Shown: positions 9,280 through 18,690 of the stretch, in pieces | How positions within the stretch are numbered: position 1 is the stretch's first letter | Layout: the number at the start of each line of letters is the position of its first letter | NCBI GenBank assembly: GCA_964014945.1 | Contig: CAXHCC010000002.1 | Location: 1 to 40,226 of the forward strand | Direction of reading: 5' to 3' | Length of the DNA: 40,226 nucleotides | Origin: an uncultured bacterium | GTDB taxonomy: Bacteria > Bacteroidota > Bacteroidia > 2-12-FULL-35-15 | The notes under the pieces: generated by a model | Told to the model about the DNA's origin: nothing | What the model saw: the letters and a program-made list of their open reading frames with translations, nothing else | Databases searched by the model: none | Program-made: the position numbers and the translations under genes

Positions 9280-10167
9280 TCAGGAGCACTTCACACCAAA
9301 GCGCTGCTCAAAACCTACAATACCTTGCAAGCCTCCGGTGTGTACAGCCACCACTTTTTTTGCATTAGAAAGTTGTCCTTTTTTAAGGAGGTCTATTACA
9401 CCATATAGTTGCTTGCCTGTGTAAATAGGATCAAGCTGAACAGCATACTTTTCTTTAAATTCTCTAATAAAGTAAAGAAGTTCATCGTTCCATTTTACAA
9501 AGCCGCCAAAATGGTAGTCCTCTATTACTTTAAAATTGGTAGGGCAAGGTGCGCCATAAGTTGCTTCGTAAAGCTGCTTAATTTCCGTTTCCATAAACCC
9601 ACCTTTAAGTACCGGAAACACCAATAGTTGTTGGTGAGGTTTTAGCGCTCGTAACATGCCAGCTGCCGTTGCACCTGTTCCTGCATCAACAGTAATAATA
9701 TCAAAGTCCATGGTTATTTCATGCACAATAGCTTCACAGCCCAACACCCCGTATTTAGATGCACCACCTTCTGGTACTAATAATATATTATCCTTAACAA
9801 CTACCTCTCTTACATCTCTTGCTCTCTCCTTAAAACTTGTTCGGCTCAGAAACTCCAATTCCATTCCTTCTGCTTCGCAAAATTGCAATGTTGGGTTTGC
9901 TACCTTTTCTCCACGAACATAACCTTTAGTTTTTATACTAAACATATTACCGATGGCGGCTACCGCAGGCAACAAATTAGAGTAGGCACCACCAAATGTT
10001 TCTATGGTATGGATGTTGTTTTCAGTTGCAAAGTTTACATGTTCCTTTAATTTGCGCCACTTGTTTCCAGAAACATCCTTGTGAATAAGATCGTCCCTTT
10101 TTAGGTACAAACTAATCCCATTAATATCATCAAGCTTTTGAAGTATACTTTTAGATAAATCCACCAA
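9280..10167 (-). CDS. 1-aminocyclopropane-1-carboxylate deaminase / D-cysteine desulfhydrase family PLP-dependent enzyme
   Basis: LKRDDL...SGNKWRKL lysine motif typical of this Trp-synthase-beta-like family. There is no in-frame ATG, so the start is TTG or GTG and remains uncertain. Confidence 0.75.
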   Translation of the reverse strand: MVDLSKSILQKLDDINGISLYLKRDDLIHKDVSGNKWRKLKEHVNFATENNIHTIETFGGAYSNLLPAVAAIGNMFSIKTKGYVRGEKVANPTLQFCEAEGMELEFLSRTSFKERARDVREVVVKDNILLVPEGGASKYGVLGCEAIVHEITMDFDIITVDAGTGATAAGMLRALKPHQQLLVFPVLKGGFMETEIKQLYEATYGAPCPTNFKVIEDYHFGGFVKWNDELLYFIREFKEKYAVQLDPIYTGKQLYGVIDLLKKGQLSNAKKVVAVHTGGLQGIVGFEQRFGVKCS

Positions 10168-10200
10168 CGTAATTTTTTCTGTAAAGGTAACAGTAAATGC

Positions 10201-11082
10201 CTAGCTGTATTGTTTTAAAACGGCATTCACTTGTGAAAGATAAGATGAACCAAAAAGGTTTACATGTACCAGCAAAGGATATAAATTGCACATAGTCATT
10301 CGGTCTTGCCATCCATCATTTAGTGGATATTCCTCATTGTATGCTTCATACAAACGCCCATCAAATCCACCAAACAATTGCGTCATGGCAATATCCATTT
10401 CTCTATGGCCATAGTAAACAGCTGGGTCCATAATCATTGGTTCACCTGCAGCTGTTACCATATAATTTCCCGACCATAAATCGCCATGCAACAGGGCAGG
10501 TGGTTCATTAGGAAATATATTTTCTATTTGTTTATAGAGTTGGTGGAAGCTTTCTAATTTATGCGCATCAATTAGTCCTTTTTCTACAGCTAACTTTAAT
10601 TGGGGGTCTATACGTTGTTCAATAAAAAAGCTCGACCACGATTTTGTCCAACTATTGTATTGTACCAAAGAACCGATATAATTGTCATTGGTCCATCCAA
10701 AATTAGTATGCGTACATTTATGCAATTGGCCTAATTGATGGCCAAAATCTTCCCAAAATGAAGTGGATGTAGTGCCTTTTTCTACCCAATCCAATAACAA
10801 AAATGCATCTTCTCCTTCCTCGCTAAAACCAATAACGTTAGGAATATGTATGGTATTAGTAGCAGCTAATGCTTCCAAGCCTAGCGCTTCCTTTTTAAAC
10901 ATGGATGGAAACTTACTTGCACTATTTACTTTAACAAAAAAAGTACCACTGTTGGTTATTAACTGATAGGCTTCGTTAATACTTCCTCCGCCTACCGAAC
11001 GTACGGATATGACCTCAACGTGAACACCTACGCGACTACTTAGTAATTGTTGAATACGTTCTTGAACAGAAGGCTTAATCAT
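10201..11082 (-). CDS. Fructosamine/ketosamine kinase family protein
   Basis: GGSINEAY N-terminal motif and the LLHGDLWSGN catalytic loop of fructosamine-3-kinase-like kinases. Confidence 0.85.
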   Translation of the reverse strand: MIKPSVQERIQQLLSSRVGVHVEVISVRSVGGGSINEAYQLITNSGTFFVKVNSASKFPSMFKKEALGLEALAATNTIHIPNVIGFSEEGEDAFLLLDWVEKGTTSTSFWEDFGHQLGQLHKCTHTNFGWTNDNYIGSLVQYNSWTKSWSSFFIEQRIDPQLKLAVEKGLIDAHKLESFHQLYKQIENIFPNEPPALLHGDLWSGNYMVTAAGEPMIMDPAVYYGHREMDIAMTQLFGGFDGRLYEAYNEEYPLNDGWQDRMTMCNLYPLLVHVNLFGSSYLSQVNAVLKQYS

Positions 11083-11164
11083 TTGTGCTTTGCTTTGCCA
11101 TAAAGGAAAGCTACAAATATTTTAATTCATGCGTACTGGAATGGTTAAAGAAAAACTGTAGTTA

Positions 11165-11983
11165 TTACGATGCTTGATATTTTAAATTGTATACAATCCT
11201 TCTCACCTCAGCCGCCCACTCCAAATCCGTTTTGCTATTATTAAATGCTTTATAACTGATAGGCTTACCAATGGTAATTTTAAATGTTTTGTTCTTCAAT
11301 TTAAATGTTTCATCCACCAAGTACATCATTTCAAGGTTAAGTTTAACACCCAACATGCGTCTGATATTGGATAGGTGATAAAAAAAGGAGGACAACTCAC
11401 CACTTATATGAACAGGTATTACATCTCTTTTAAACTTTTTAGCACGGCAAATAAATGTTTTTTTCCAAGTTGTATCAACCACCTCTTCATCTGGTTTTCT
11501 GCTCACCAAGCCTGCAGGAAAAATACATACAGGCTTGTCAGAAGCAAACAACTCATTTACTTCTTGCACGGCACTTTTTGATGTTGACCCATGTTTGTTT
11601 ACACCCACCATATAATCCTCTACATTCTGAAAACCATTTAATACATCATTGGTTATAAACTTTAAATCGGGGCGAATTTTGCTTACTTCATGCACCAAGC
11701 CCAAAGCATCAAAAGCACCTAAGGGGTGATTGCTTGCCAATATTGGACCACGTGCTTTTTGTATGTTTTCTAAACCAACCGTTTTAAACTTAAGGTTAAA
11801 CTTTTTTACCAAGGACCTACAAAAAGCAAAGTTTTTCTTGCTCCTGTTCTCATGTAAAAACCTATTTACTTCATCTTGATGCAAAATAGTTTTTAGGTAA
11901 TCAATCATAAACCCAGGCAACCACTTTTCCAAAGATGGGTTCTTCTCTTTTAATAAACGCTCTATATCAATTAACTTTTTCAT
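11165..11983 (-). CDS. Lysophospholipid / glycerol acyltransferase family protein
   Basis: NHPLGAFD (HX4D) acyltransferase motif and an FPAG block. Confidence 0.7.
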   Translation of the reverse strand: MKKLIDIERLLKEKNPSLEKWLPGFMIDYLKTILHQDEVNRFLHENRSKKNFAFCRSLVKKFNLKFKTVGLENIQKARGPILASNHPLGAFDALGLVHEVSKIRPDLKFITNDVLNGFQNVEDYMVGVNKHGSTSKSAVQEVNELFASDKPVCIFPAGLVSRKPDEEVVDTTWKKTFICRAKKFKRDVIPVHISGELSSFFYHLSNIRRMLGVKLNLEMMYLVDETFKLKNKTFKITIGKPISYKAFNNSKTDLEWAAEVRRIVYNLKYQAS

Positions 11984-12037
11984 TGCGCTGGCTAAACTCT
12001 TAATTCACAATACAAAAGTGATTGCTTGTATTTTATG

Positions 12038-12045
12038 CAAAGGTA
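12038..12045 (-). promoter_or_regulatory. Candidate -7 promoter box (TACCTTTG on the minus strand) for the acyltransferase gene
   Basis: TAnnTTTG match, 55-62 nt upstream of the ATG at 11983. Confidence 0.3.
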
Positions 12046-12166
12046 AGGCGCTTATTGTTAAGTAAATATGATATAAAGCATGGTCGTTATACTCAACTTC
12101 TTTTTACGTCTTTCATAACATAAGTCAATATATAACTTGGGTGTTACGCTGTACGCTAAAATTAAG

Positions 12167-12174
12167 TACATTTG
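12167..12174 (+). promoter_or_regulatory. Candidate -7 promoter box (TACATTTG) for the OMP / FGE-like / methyltransferase genes
   Basis: TAnnTTTG match, about 94 nt upstream of the ATG at 12268. Confidence 0.3.
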
Positions 12175-12267
12175 AAGCTTAATAAATTCTAACAAACCAT
12201 AGGAAATAAAAGGGTAACTAGGCCTTACCCCCCTTATACAAAAACCCAATTCACTAACAACGTAGCT

Positions 12268-13650
12268 ATGAATTTTAGTCGCATTAAAAAAGGAATACAG
12301 TTATTGTTAATTGCCGCATCACCGTTAGTACTTAATGCACAAAACGATACAATCAACAATAATACGCCTGCTGCTGTTGCAGACAGTACCGACAATAAAG
12401 GAGACATTATAAAAACGGGCTACAATTTTGTGCCTATTCCAGATTTTAGATACGACCCCTATGCAGGAGTAAACATTGGTGCGGTAGGTTTTTTATACAA
12501 CTTTGGTGATGGAAAACGTTATCCTAACTTCTATCATAGCACAGTTATTGAGGCCTCTTATACCACAAAAGGAGCGACTAATTTTAGAGTACGACATAAA
12601 CGTTTTGGTGATATTATTTCGTATGCCGAAGTATTTTACCAAAACCAAATTGCAGCCCCTTATTTTGGGGTTAACGGATTCCAACAATCGTTTAATCAAG
12701 ATTACTTAAAGTTAGATGGCACCTTGCCAAATTCTCCTAACAACCCTTTATTCTATAATTACCAATCACGCTTTTTACAGCTAAACTTTGAATTGCAAGA
12801 CACCATTAAAGGCACCAAAAACTTAAACTGGTTAGGTAGTATTTACAGTGGTTGGTATGATGTAGACGAAATTGATTTTGGTAAAGTAAACAAAGGAATT
12901 GATCCTACCGACGAAAATTACATACCAGATACTGCCGCTACGCTTTACGGATTAAATAGGCAGTGGGGTATTGCGGATAGTAATAAATTAGAAGGCGGTA
13001 ATGTTTATGCTATTCTTAAAGCGGAGTTAATTTATGATAAAAGAGATAGAATTACCAACCCCTTAAAAGGTGTTTTATCAAGAGTAGGAATTGCCTATTC
13101 TCCTAGATTTAAGAAAAACGGATATGGCAACTTAGCCATATTAAATGCCTCGCACACGCATTACGTTCCCTTAATAAAGCAGAAGTTATTTAGAAGCACA
13201 TTTGCTTATAGAATAAAATACGTGGGCTACTTAGGCGGCCAATTACCATACCCAATACAAGAAGGGTTAGGTGGCCAACGATCGGCTTGGGGTGTACACC
13301 AAAACAGGGCCATGGTAAAACAATGGACCTCTGGTCAATTTGAATTACGAACTAGAGCCTTTGGTTTTAAATTATTGGGTTCTAATTTTGATTTTTGGGG
13401 CGGACCATTTTTCCATACTGGCTATGTTATTCAAGAAGATGATATTGATATGAGCAAGGTGTCAGCAGTTGACCAACTTACCTTTTTTAATACGGGATAT
13501 GATCGTTGGTATTCATCGTACGGGTTTATGGGTAAAATGGTCATCAATAAAAACATTGTATTGGGTACCGATTTTGCTTTCCCAGCCAATGCAGAAACAG
13601 GTCCTCCACTATCTGTATTTATTGGCTCTGCCTTCTCGTTTATTTTTTAA
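12268..13650 (+). CDS. Outer-membrane beta-barrel protein (Omp85/surface-antigen-like, family uncertain)
   Basis: Signal peptide ending LNAQ. The sequence is rich in alternating aromatic residues and has a terminal FSFIF with C-terminal Phe, typical of OMP barrels. Confidence 0.55.
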   Translation: MNFSRIKKGIQLLLIAASPLVLNAQNDTINNNTPAAVADSTDNKGDIIKTGYNFVPIPDFRYDPYAGVNIGAVGFLYNFGDGKRYPNFYHSTVIEASYTTKGATNFRVRHKRFGDIISYAEVFYQNQIAAPYFGVNGFQQSFNQDYLKLDGTLPNSPNNPLFYNYQSRFLQLNFELQDTIKGTKNLNWLGSIYSGWYDVDEIDFGKVNKGIDPTDENYIPDTAATLYGLNRQWGIADSNKLEGGNVYAILKAELIYDKRDRITNPLKGVLSRVGIAYSPRFKKNGYGNLAILNASHTHYVPLIKQKLFRSTFAYRIKYVGYLGGQLPYPIQEGLGGQRSAWGVHQNRAMVKQWTSGQFELRTRAFGFKLLGSNFDFWGGPFFHTGYVIQEDDIDMSKVSAVDQLTFFNTGYDRWYSSYGFMGKMVINKNIVLGTDFAFPANAETGPPLSVFIGSAFSFIF

Positions 13651-13656
13651 AATTAC

Positions 13657-14667
13657 ATGCAAGGTATTCTCAATAATTGGGCATGCTGGCTTTCTTGCTG
13701 CCTCCTGCTACTTGTTGCTTCGTGTAAAAAGGATGAAACAAGCGCTGCTACTCCAACTACCTCCACTACACCAATAAGTAATAAAACTTTACCCAGCAAT
13801 ATTGCGTTGGTTAGTATACCAGCCCAAACCTATACAATGGGTGGCATAACAACTGCAAACGATGCCCCAGAAGTTCGAGTTAATTTAAGTGCATTTCAAA
13901 TTGGTATTCATGAAATTACCAATGCTCAGTACCTTACTTTTTTAAACGAAGCGTATGGTGATGGTTGGGTAACCGTAGCGTTACAATCAACAGCAGACCC
14001 ATGCGGCACCTATTCAGAAAACATGGTAATTGGTGCTGGTAATGCACCCAACGCAGGAGAAATATTTTTGCAGTTAGGTGAAACAGGAGGTTGTACAAGT
14101 GACGGAAAAACAGAACACATTGATAACAAAAGTTGGATTGCATTTAACAACACCACCAATACATTTGAATTGCTGGACACCTCCAAAAGCAATTGGCCAG
14201 TAAACTGGGTAAAGTGGTATGGCGCTTATGCCTTTGCTGCTTATTACAATGTTAGCTTACCCACCGAGGCGCAATGGGAATGTGCCGCACGTGGTGGACT
14301 ACAATACAGCTACCCTACCGATAATGACTCTTTATCATTACTAAAAGCAAATTACAACGGAGATACACCTGGAGTGCATAATGCTACCGGACATGCAGTA
14401 GCCGTTGGTTCCTACCCTGCCAACCCCTACGGAATTTATGATATGGGCGGCAATGTGTGGGAATGGTGTCAAGATTATTATGATTCCACCTTTTATTCAG
14501 ATGGCGCTACCAATCCTGTTAACACAACAACAGGCACATCGGCAAAACGAGTACGAAGAGGTGGCTCATGGAACTATCATGCAGCAACCCTACTTACCTA
14601 TGCACGCGCATCCGATTTTGAAAATAGGGGCAACAATCATTTTGGTTTCAGAATTGCAAAAAACTAA
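13657..14667 (+). CDS. Formylglycine-generating-enzyme (SUMF1/EgtB/PvdO) family lipoprotein
   Basis: Lipobox LLVASC, and FGE-family blocks (IPAQTYTMGG, EITNAQY, LPTEAQWECAARGG, GNVWEWCQD, RVRRGGSWNY). Confidence 0.8.
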   Translation: MQGILNNWACWLSCCLLLLVASCKKDETSAATPTTSTTPISNKTLPSNIALVSIPAQTYTMGGITTANDAPEVRVNLSAFQIGIHEITNAQYLTFLNEAYGDGWVTVALQSTADPCGTYSENMVIGAGNAPNAGEIFLQLGETGGCTSDGKTEHIDNKSWIAFNNTTNTFELLDTSKSNWPVNWVKWYGAYAFAAYYNVSLPTEAQWECAARGGLQYSYPTDNDSLSLLKANYNGDTPGVHNATGHAVAVGSYPANPYGIYDMGGNVWEWCQDYYDSTFYSDGATNPVNTTTGTSAKRVRRGGSWNYHAATLLTYARASDFENRGNNHFGFRIAKN

Positions 14668-14707
14668 TTTTGAATAGCACACGCACCTGTACGTGTACAC
14701 CAATACC

Positions 14708-15760
14708 ATGCCTGCAAACCTTATTCAATCGGCCATTGATAAACTACGTGTACAACTTAACAGTATTAACGTAGATGGCTTATTGATTTCTGAATACAAT
14801 AAACAGTATTTAAATAAGTACAAAAACAACTTTAACTTTTACATGCATAACTATGCGCAGTTGTTAGAAAAAACAATTGCGCAATTGGATAAGCCAATAC
14901 ATGAAAGTGTTTTTGTTGACTATGGTGGCGGCTGCGGTATACTATCCTTCTTGGCTATTAATTGCGGCTTTAAGCAAGTTGTATATAACGACATATACCA
15001 TGAATCGGTACAGGATGTACAGGAGATTGCCAAGGCAATCAATTGCGATATGAATCATTTTATTGCAGGAGACATAGACCAACTTTTTATTGAATTAGAA
15101 CAGCAAAATGTTCGACCTTCTTGTATTTGTTCCTTTGATGTGTTAGAACATATTTATAATGTTAATGCATGGATCAATAGTATTGCAGAATACCCTCTTA
15201 AGCTAAGTGTAATTGCCATGACCAGTGCCAACCCTGAAAACCCATTTATAAATACACGCCTTAAAAAATTACACCAACAAGCAGAGCTGATAGGTTTTGA
15301 AAAAAACAAAAGCTGGAAACCTTCCGACTTAAATACTTCTTTTCTAAACGAAAGAAAAAAAATAATTGCCAAGCATTTCCCAGCAGTTAAAAAAACGCAA
15401 CTGCAACAATTAGCAGCACAAACAAGGGGCTTACGTGAAGAGGATATAATAAGCGCCGTTCAAGAATATATCGACAATGGAAAGTTGTCGTATCAAATAA
15501 TACACCCAAGTAATACTTGTGATCCTTACACGGGTAATTGGACAGAACGTTTACTGAACCTAGAGAAGCTAAAGCAATATATTCGGAGTAAAAACTTGCA
15601 AGTAAGCATTCACAATTCTTTTTATGCTTGCTCAACAAACAAACTACTTAATATCCCCAAATTTGTATTAAACTTTTTGCTAAAAATAGCGGGTAACCAA
15701 AGCTTGCTTTTATCACCCACCTACACGCTTATTATTAAAAAGAGACGCAATAACAATTAG
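14708..15760 (+). CDS. Class I SAM-dependent methyltransferase
   Basis: VDYGGGCGILS motif I and FDVLEHI motif. I prefer the ATG at 14708 to the GTG at 14693 used by the ORF track. Confidence 0.7.
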   Translation: MPANLIQSAIDKLRVQLNSINVDGLLISEYNKQYLNKYKNNFNFYMHNYAQLLEKTIAQLDKPIHESVFVDYGGGCGILSFLAINCGFKQVVYNDIYHESVQDVQEIAKAINCDMNHFIAGDIDQLFIELEQQNVRPSCICSFDVLEHIYNVNAWINSIAEYPLKLSVIAMTSANPENPFINTRLKKLHQQAELIGFEKNKSWKPSDLNTSFLNERKKIIAKHFPAVKKTQLQQLAAQTRGLREEDIISAVQEYIDNGKLSYQIIHPSNTCDPYTGNWTERLLNLEKLKQYIRSKNLQVSIHNSFYACSTNKLLNIPKFVLNFLLKIAGNQSLLLSPTYTLIIKKRRNNN

Positions 15761-16809
15761 TACTTCATTGCTTGTAGTTTATCCGTATGCGGAATAACCC
15801 TTGATTTATTTACACTCACCAAACCTTCTTCTTTAAAATCCTTTAAAGTTCTAATAACTGTTTCGGATGTGGTGCCAACAAACTGTGCCAACTCTTCTCT
15901 TGACATAGGTATGCCGTCCACTAATTTGTCGGCGTAACGCTCCCCAAGTTTTACTAAGGCATCTGCCAACCTCGTTCTTATAGAGCCATAGGCAATTTCT
16001 AACAACTCGTTTTCTTTTTCCTCAATGTTACCTGCAAAAATTCTAATAAACCTATTGGCAATTTCAGCGTTTACATCCATTAATTTTTTAAACTCATCCA
16101 TTGGTATAGAAACCAATTCCGAATCTTCAGCTGCTACCGCAGCGTGCGTATATGCTGTTTCATTAATCGCTGCAATTACACCAAAAAAATCTTTATCCCG
16201 CCACACCTCGGTTATCAACTCTTTCCCATCATCATTGTATTTTACGCTTTTTACACTTCCTTTTTTGAGGTAATACACTTCTCTTGGAATTGACCCTGCG
16301 CGATAAATGGCATCTTTTTTCTTAAACTTTATGGTAACTGCATTTTGTAAAACACTTTCCAAATCTAATGCGCCCTTCGTATCTTCTAACAGGTTTTCTA
16401 AACCAGACATATCCGCAGCATACTTGTCTTTTAAATGCGCATTTTTTGCTAATCGCATTTCAATAGACGATAATAGATCACTTGCTTCATAAGGCTTGGT
16501 AATATAATCATCAGCCCCTATGCGCATTCCTCTTCTTAAGTCTTCTATGCCAGCCTTAGCGGTTAGATAAATAAATGGCGTGTGCATTAATTCTTCATCT
16601 TTTAGCAAGGTATGTAATACGCCATAGCCATCCATTTCTGGCATCATTACATCGCACAATATTAAATTTGGTTTGTTAAGTCTTGCCGCCTTTATCCCTT
16701 CTACACCATTTTTTGCACTCAACACCTTATAACCTGCCAGCTCCAACAATTCCGTTAAATTTTCGCGAATGCTAGCTTCGTCTTCTATTACTAAAATTGT
16801 GTGGGTCAT
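15757..16809 (-). CDS. Hybrid response regulator: receiver (REC) domain fused to a Crp/Fnr-type cNMP-binding domain and HTH
   Basis: REC motifs (ILVIEDE, LILCDVMMPEMDG, LTAK). These are followed by a Crp-like beta-roll (YYLKKGSVK...DFFG) and an HTH (SREELAQFVGTTSETVIRTLKDFKEEGLV). There is no FNR-type N-terminal Cys cluster. Confidence 0.8.
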   Translation of the reverse strand: MTHTILVIEDEASIRENLTELLELAGYKVLSAKNGVEGIKAARLNKPNLILCDVMMPEMDGYGVLHTLLKDEELMHTPFIYLTAKAGIEDLRRGMRIGADDYITKPYEASDLLSSIEMRLAKNAHLKDKYAADMSGLENLLEDTKGALDLESVLQNAVTIKFKKKDAIYRAGSIPREVYYLKKGSVKSVKYNDDGKELITEVWRDKDFFGVIAAINETAYTHAAVAAEDSELVSIPMDEFKKLMDVNAEIANRFIRIFAGNIEEKENELLEIAYGSIRTRLADALVKLGERYADKLVDGIPMSREELAQFVGTTSETVIRTLKDFKEEGLVSVNKSRVIPHTDKLQAMKY

Positions 16810-16837
16810 TTACTCGTGAGGTTTGTAATATAATTTA

Positions 16838-17203
16838 CTATTTGCCAATTACTTTATTTACAGTATCCATTAACGTTTTTTCATTAAACGGTTTCTCCAA
16901 AAAACCTTCAATACCCATTTTAAGGGCTTGTTCTTTTTCTTTGTACTGCACACTTGCACTGATAAAAATAAAAGGAACACTTTTTAACTTGGCGTTGCTT
17001 TTTGTTTGTTCCAATACCTCATAACCACTTACCTGTGGCATATGAATATCGCATAACACCAAGTCAAAATCATGCGCTTGCATTAATCCAAAAGCCTCAT
17101 TACCATTACCTGTAGCATGCACATTAAAATCATTTAACTCTAACAGTTCAATGATGTTTTCTCTAATTGAATTATTATCCTCAATTACCAGAATTTTTTT
17201 CAT
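16838..17203 (-). CDS. Single-domain CheY-like response regulator
   Basis: 121-aa REC domain (ILVIEDN, LVLCDIHMPQVSG). Its start overlaps the upstream kinase gene by 4 nt. Confidence 0.85.
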   Translation of the reverse strand: MKKILVIEDNNSIRENIIELLELNDFNVHATGNGNEAFGLMQAHDFDLVLCDIHMPQVSGYEVLEQTKSNAKLKSVPFIFISASVQYKEKEQALKMGIEGFLEKPFNEKTLMDTVNKVIGK

Positions 17204-18339
17204 GCTTGTTTAATATTGATCGTAAATGTGGTTCCTTTCCCCTCGGTACTTGTAAAATTAATCGTGCCATTTATCAACGATAAATAGCGTTTAACAATAT
17301 TTAAACCCAAGCCTGTTCCTTGAATGTTTTCAGCGTTATGGGCCCTAAAAAATTTTGTAAACAATTTATCTTGTTCATCGCTTGGTATACCAATGCCATT
17401 ATCTTTCACGGCAATAGTTAATTCAGAAGCAGAACAATTTGCCTCTACATCAATTGGACTATGTGGTGGTGAATATTTGATGGCATTGGAAAGTATATTC
17501 AATAATATATTTCTCAATATCCTACAATCTGTTTTAAAGTCAGCCTCCCCATTGCATTTAAGCTTCACCTCTTGACCCGGCTTAACAATATCATCAATAC
17601 CGCTGATTATTTCTTGCAAGAAACCTTCCACCTGCAGCTCTTCACAATCCACTTGTTCTTTACCCGCTTCAATTTTTTCAAGCGACAAGAAATCATTTAA
17701 TATGTCCACCAAATTATTCGAAGATTCTTCTATGCGTTCTAAATGCTTTTTAATTTTGTCACTTTTACCGGCTTCAACATATTTGGTAGCTAAATTTGCA
17801 CTTGATAATATGGCCGTTAAGGGGGTTCTAAATTCATGTGAAGCCATAGACACAAACCGCGATTTCATGTCATTAATTTCTGCTTCTCGTGCTAAGGCCC
17901 TCGTTAATTCCGAAGTTCGTTCCAGCACTTGGTCTTCTAACTCCAATTTTAAACGATTTAATTCCTGCTCTTTTTCCTTTCGTAAACTCACATCAGTTAT
18001 AAAAGCAATTGCCTTAGTATCACCTTCAACCGAGTAGTGTCCCAAACTTATTTCAACAGGAAATACTGTTTCGTTTTTGTTTTTGGCAAATAATGAAAGG
18101 TTGGAGCCCATGGCTCTGGTGGTAGGCTTCTTAAAGTAGTTGTTTCTATGGGCTACATGTGCCTCTCGGAGGGCGTCGGGTAATACAACTTCAAGTTTTT
18201 CTCCAACCAATTCCGCAACATCATAACCAAACATTTCGCAACTTTTGTTGTTTGCTAGTTCAATTATGCCGGCTTTATTAATTAGCACAATGCCAATACT
18301 CGCCGCATTAAACATTGTTTCACAATGCTCTGCATTCAT
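17200..18339 (-). CDS. Cytoplasmic PAS-domain sensor histidine kinase
   Basis: N-terminal PAS domain, H-box SHEFRTPL, N box (LSNAIKYS), and G boxes (DNGIGI, GTGLGL). I saw no transmembrane segment. Confidence 0.85.
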   Translation of the reverse strand: MNAEHCETMFNAASIGIVLINKAGIIELANNKSCEMFGYDVAELVGEKLEVVLPDALREAHVAHRNNYFKKPTTRAMGSNLSLFAKNKNETVFPVEISLGHYSVEGDTKAIAFITDVSLRKEKEQELNRLKLELEDQVLERTSELTRALAREAEINDMKSRFVSMASHEFRTPLTAILSSANLATKYVEAGKSDKIKKHLERIEESSNNLVDILNDFLSLEKIEAGKEQVDCEELQVEGFLQEIISGIDDIVKPGQEVKLKCNGEADFKTDCRILRNILLNILSNAIKYSPPHSPIDVEANCSASELTIAVKDNGIGIPSDEQDKLFTKFFRAHNAENIQGTGLGLNIVKRYLSLINGTINFTSTEGKGTTFTINIKQA

Positions 18340-18624
18340 TTGTTAGGTGGTTGAATTACTTACTCGAAAGCTAAAGATAACTATTATAACAGGTTTACAG
18401 CAAATTTTATTTGTTTACTTAACAAAAAATTAACGGTACTTGTCTTGGCATTGTGATGCGCTAATTATTTGGCAACCATGCGATATGTTATTCAATCTAT
18501 GTTTGCTTGCTGGGCTACCCCAACACAAACAACTAAAGGGACATAAGTGGCTGATTTAGTAAAACATACACAAAACTCTTGCAAAATAAAATAGTAATAT
18601 GCTCGTTTTTAAAAGTAATACTCT

Positions 18625-18632
18625 TATATTTG
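18625..18632 (+). promoter_or_regulatory. Bacteroidota -7 promoter box (TATATTTG) for the TetR / ABC / HlyD / TolC operon
   Basis: Exact TAnnTTTG match, 59-66 nt upstream of the ATG at 18691. Confidence 0.4.
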
Positions 18633-18690
18633 CACATAATAAATTCATAATTGATAGCGTTTAACTATAATTGAACTATTGTATAGCAAC

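Noticed and set aside
12058-12249. 63-aa minus-strand ORF in the acyltransferase/OMP intergenic region.
   Set aside because: It has no recognisable motif, lies in an AT-rich divergent promoter region, and overlaps a candidate plus-strand -7 box. It is probably spurious.
18340-18624. 285-bp region upstream of the TetR gene, which contains a 22-codon ORF starting at about 18478.
   Set aside because: The ORF is too short and unremarkable, and I saw no repeats or conserved structure. It is most likely just promoter and leader DNA.
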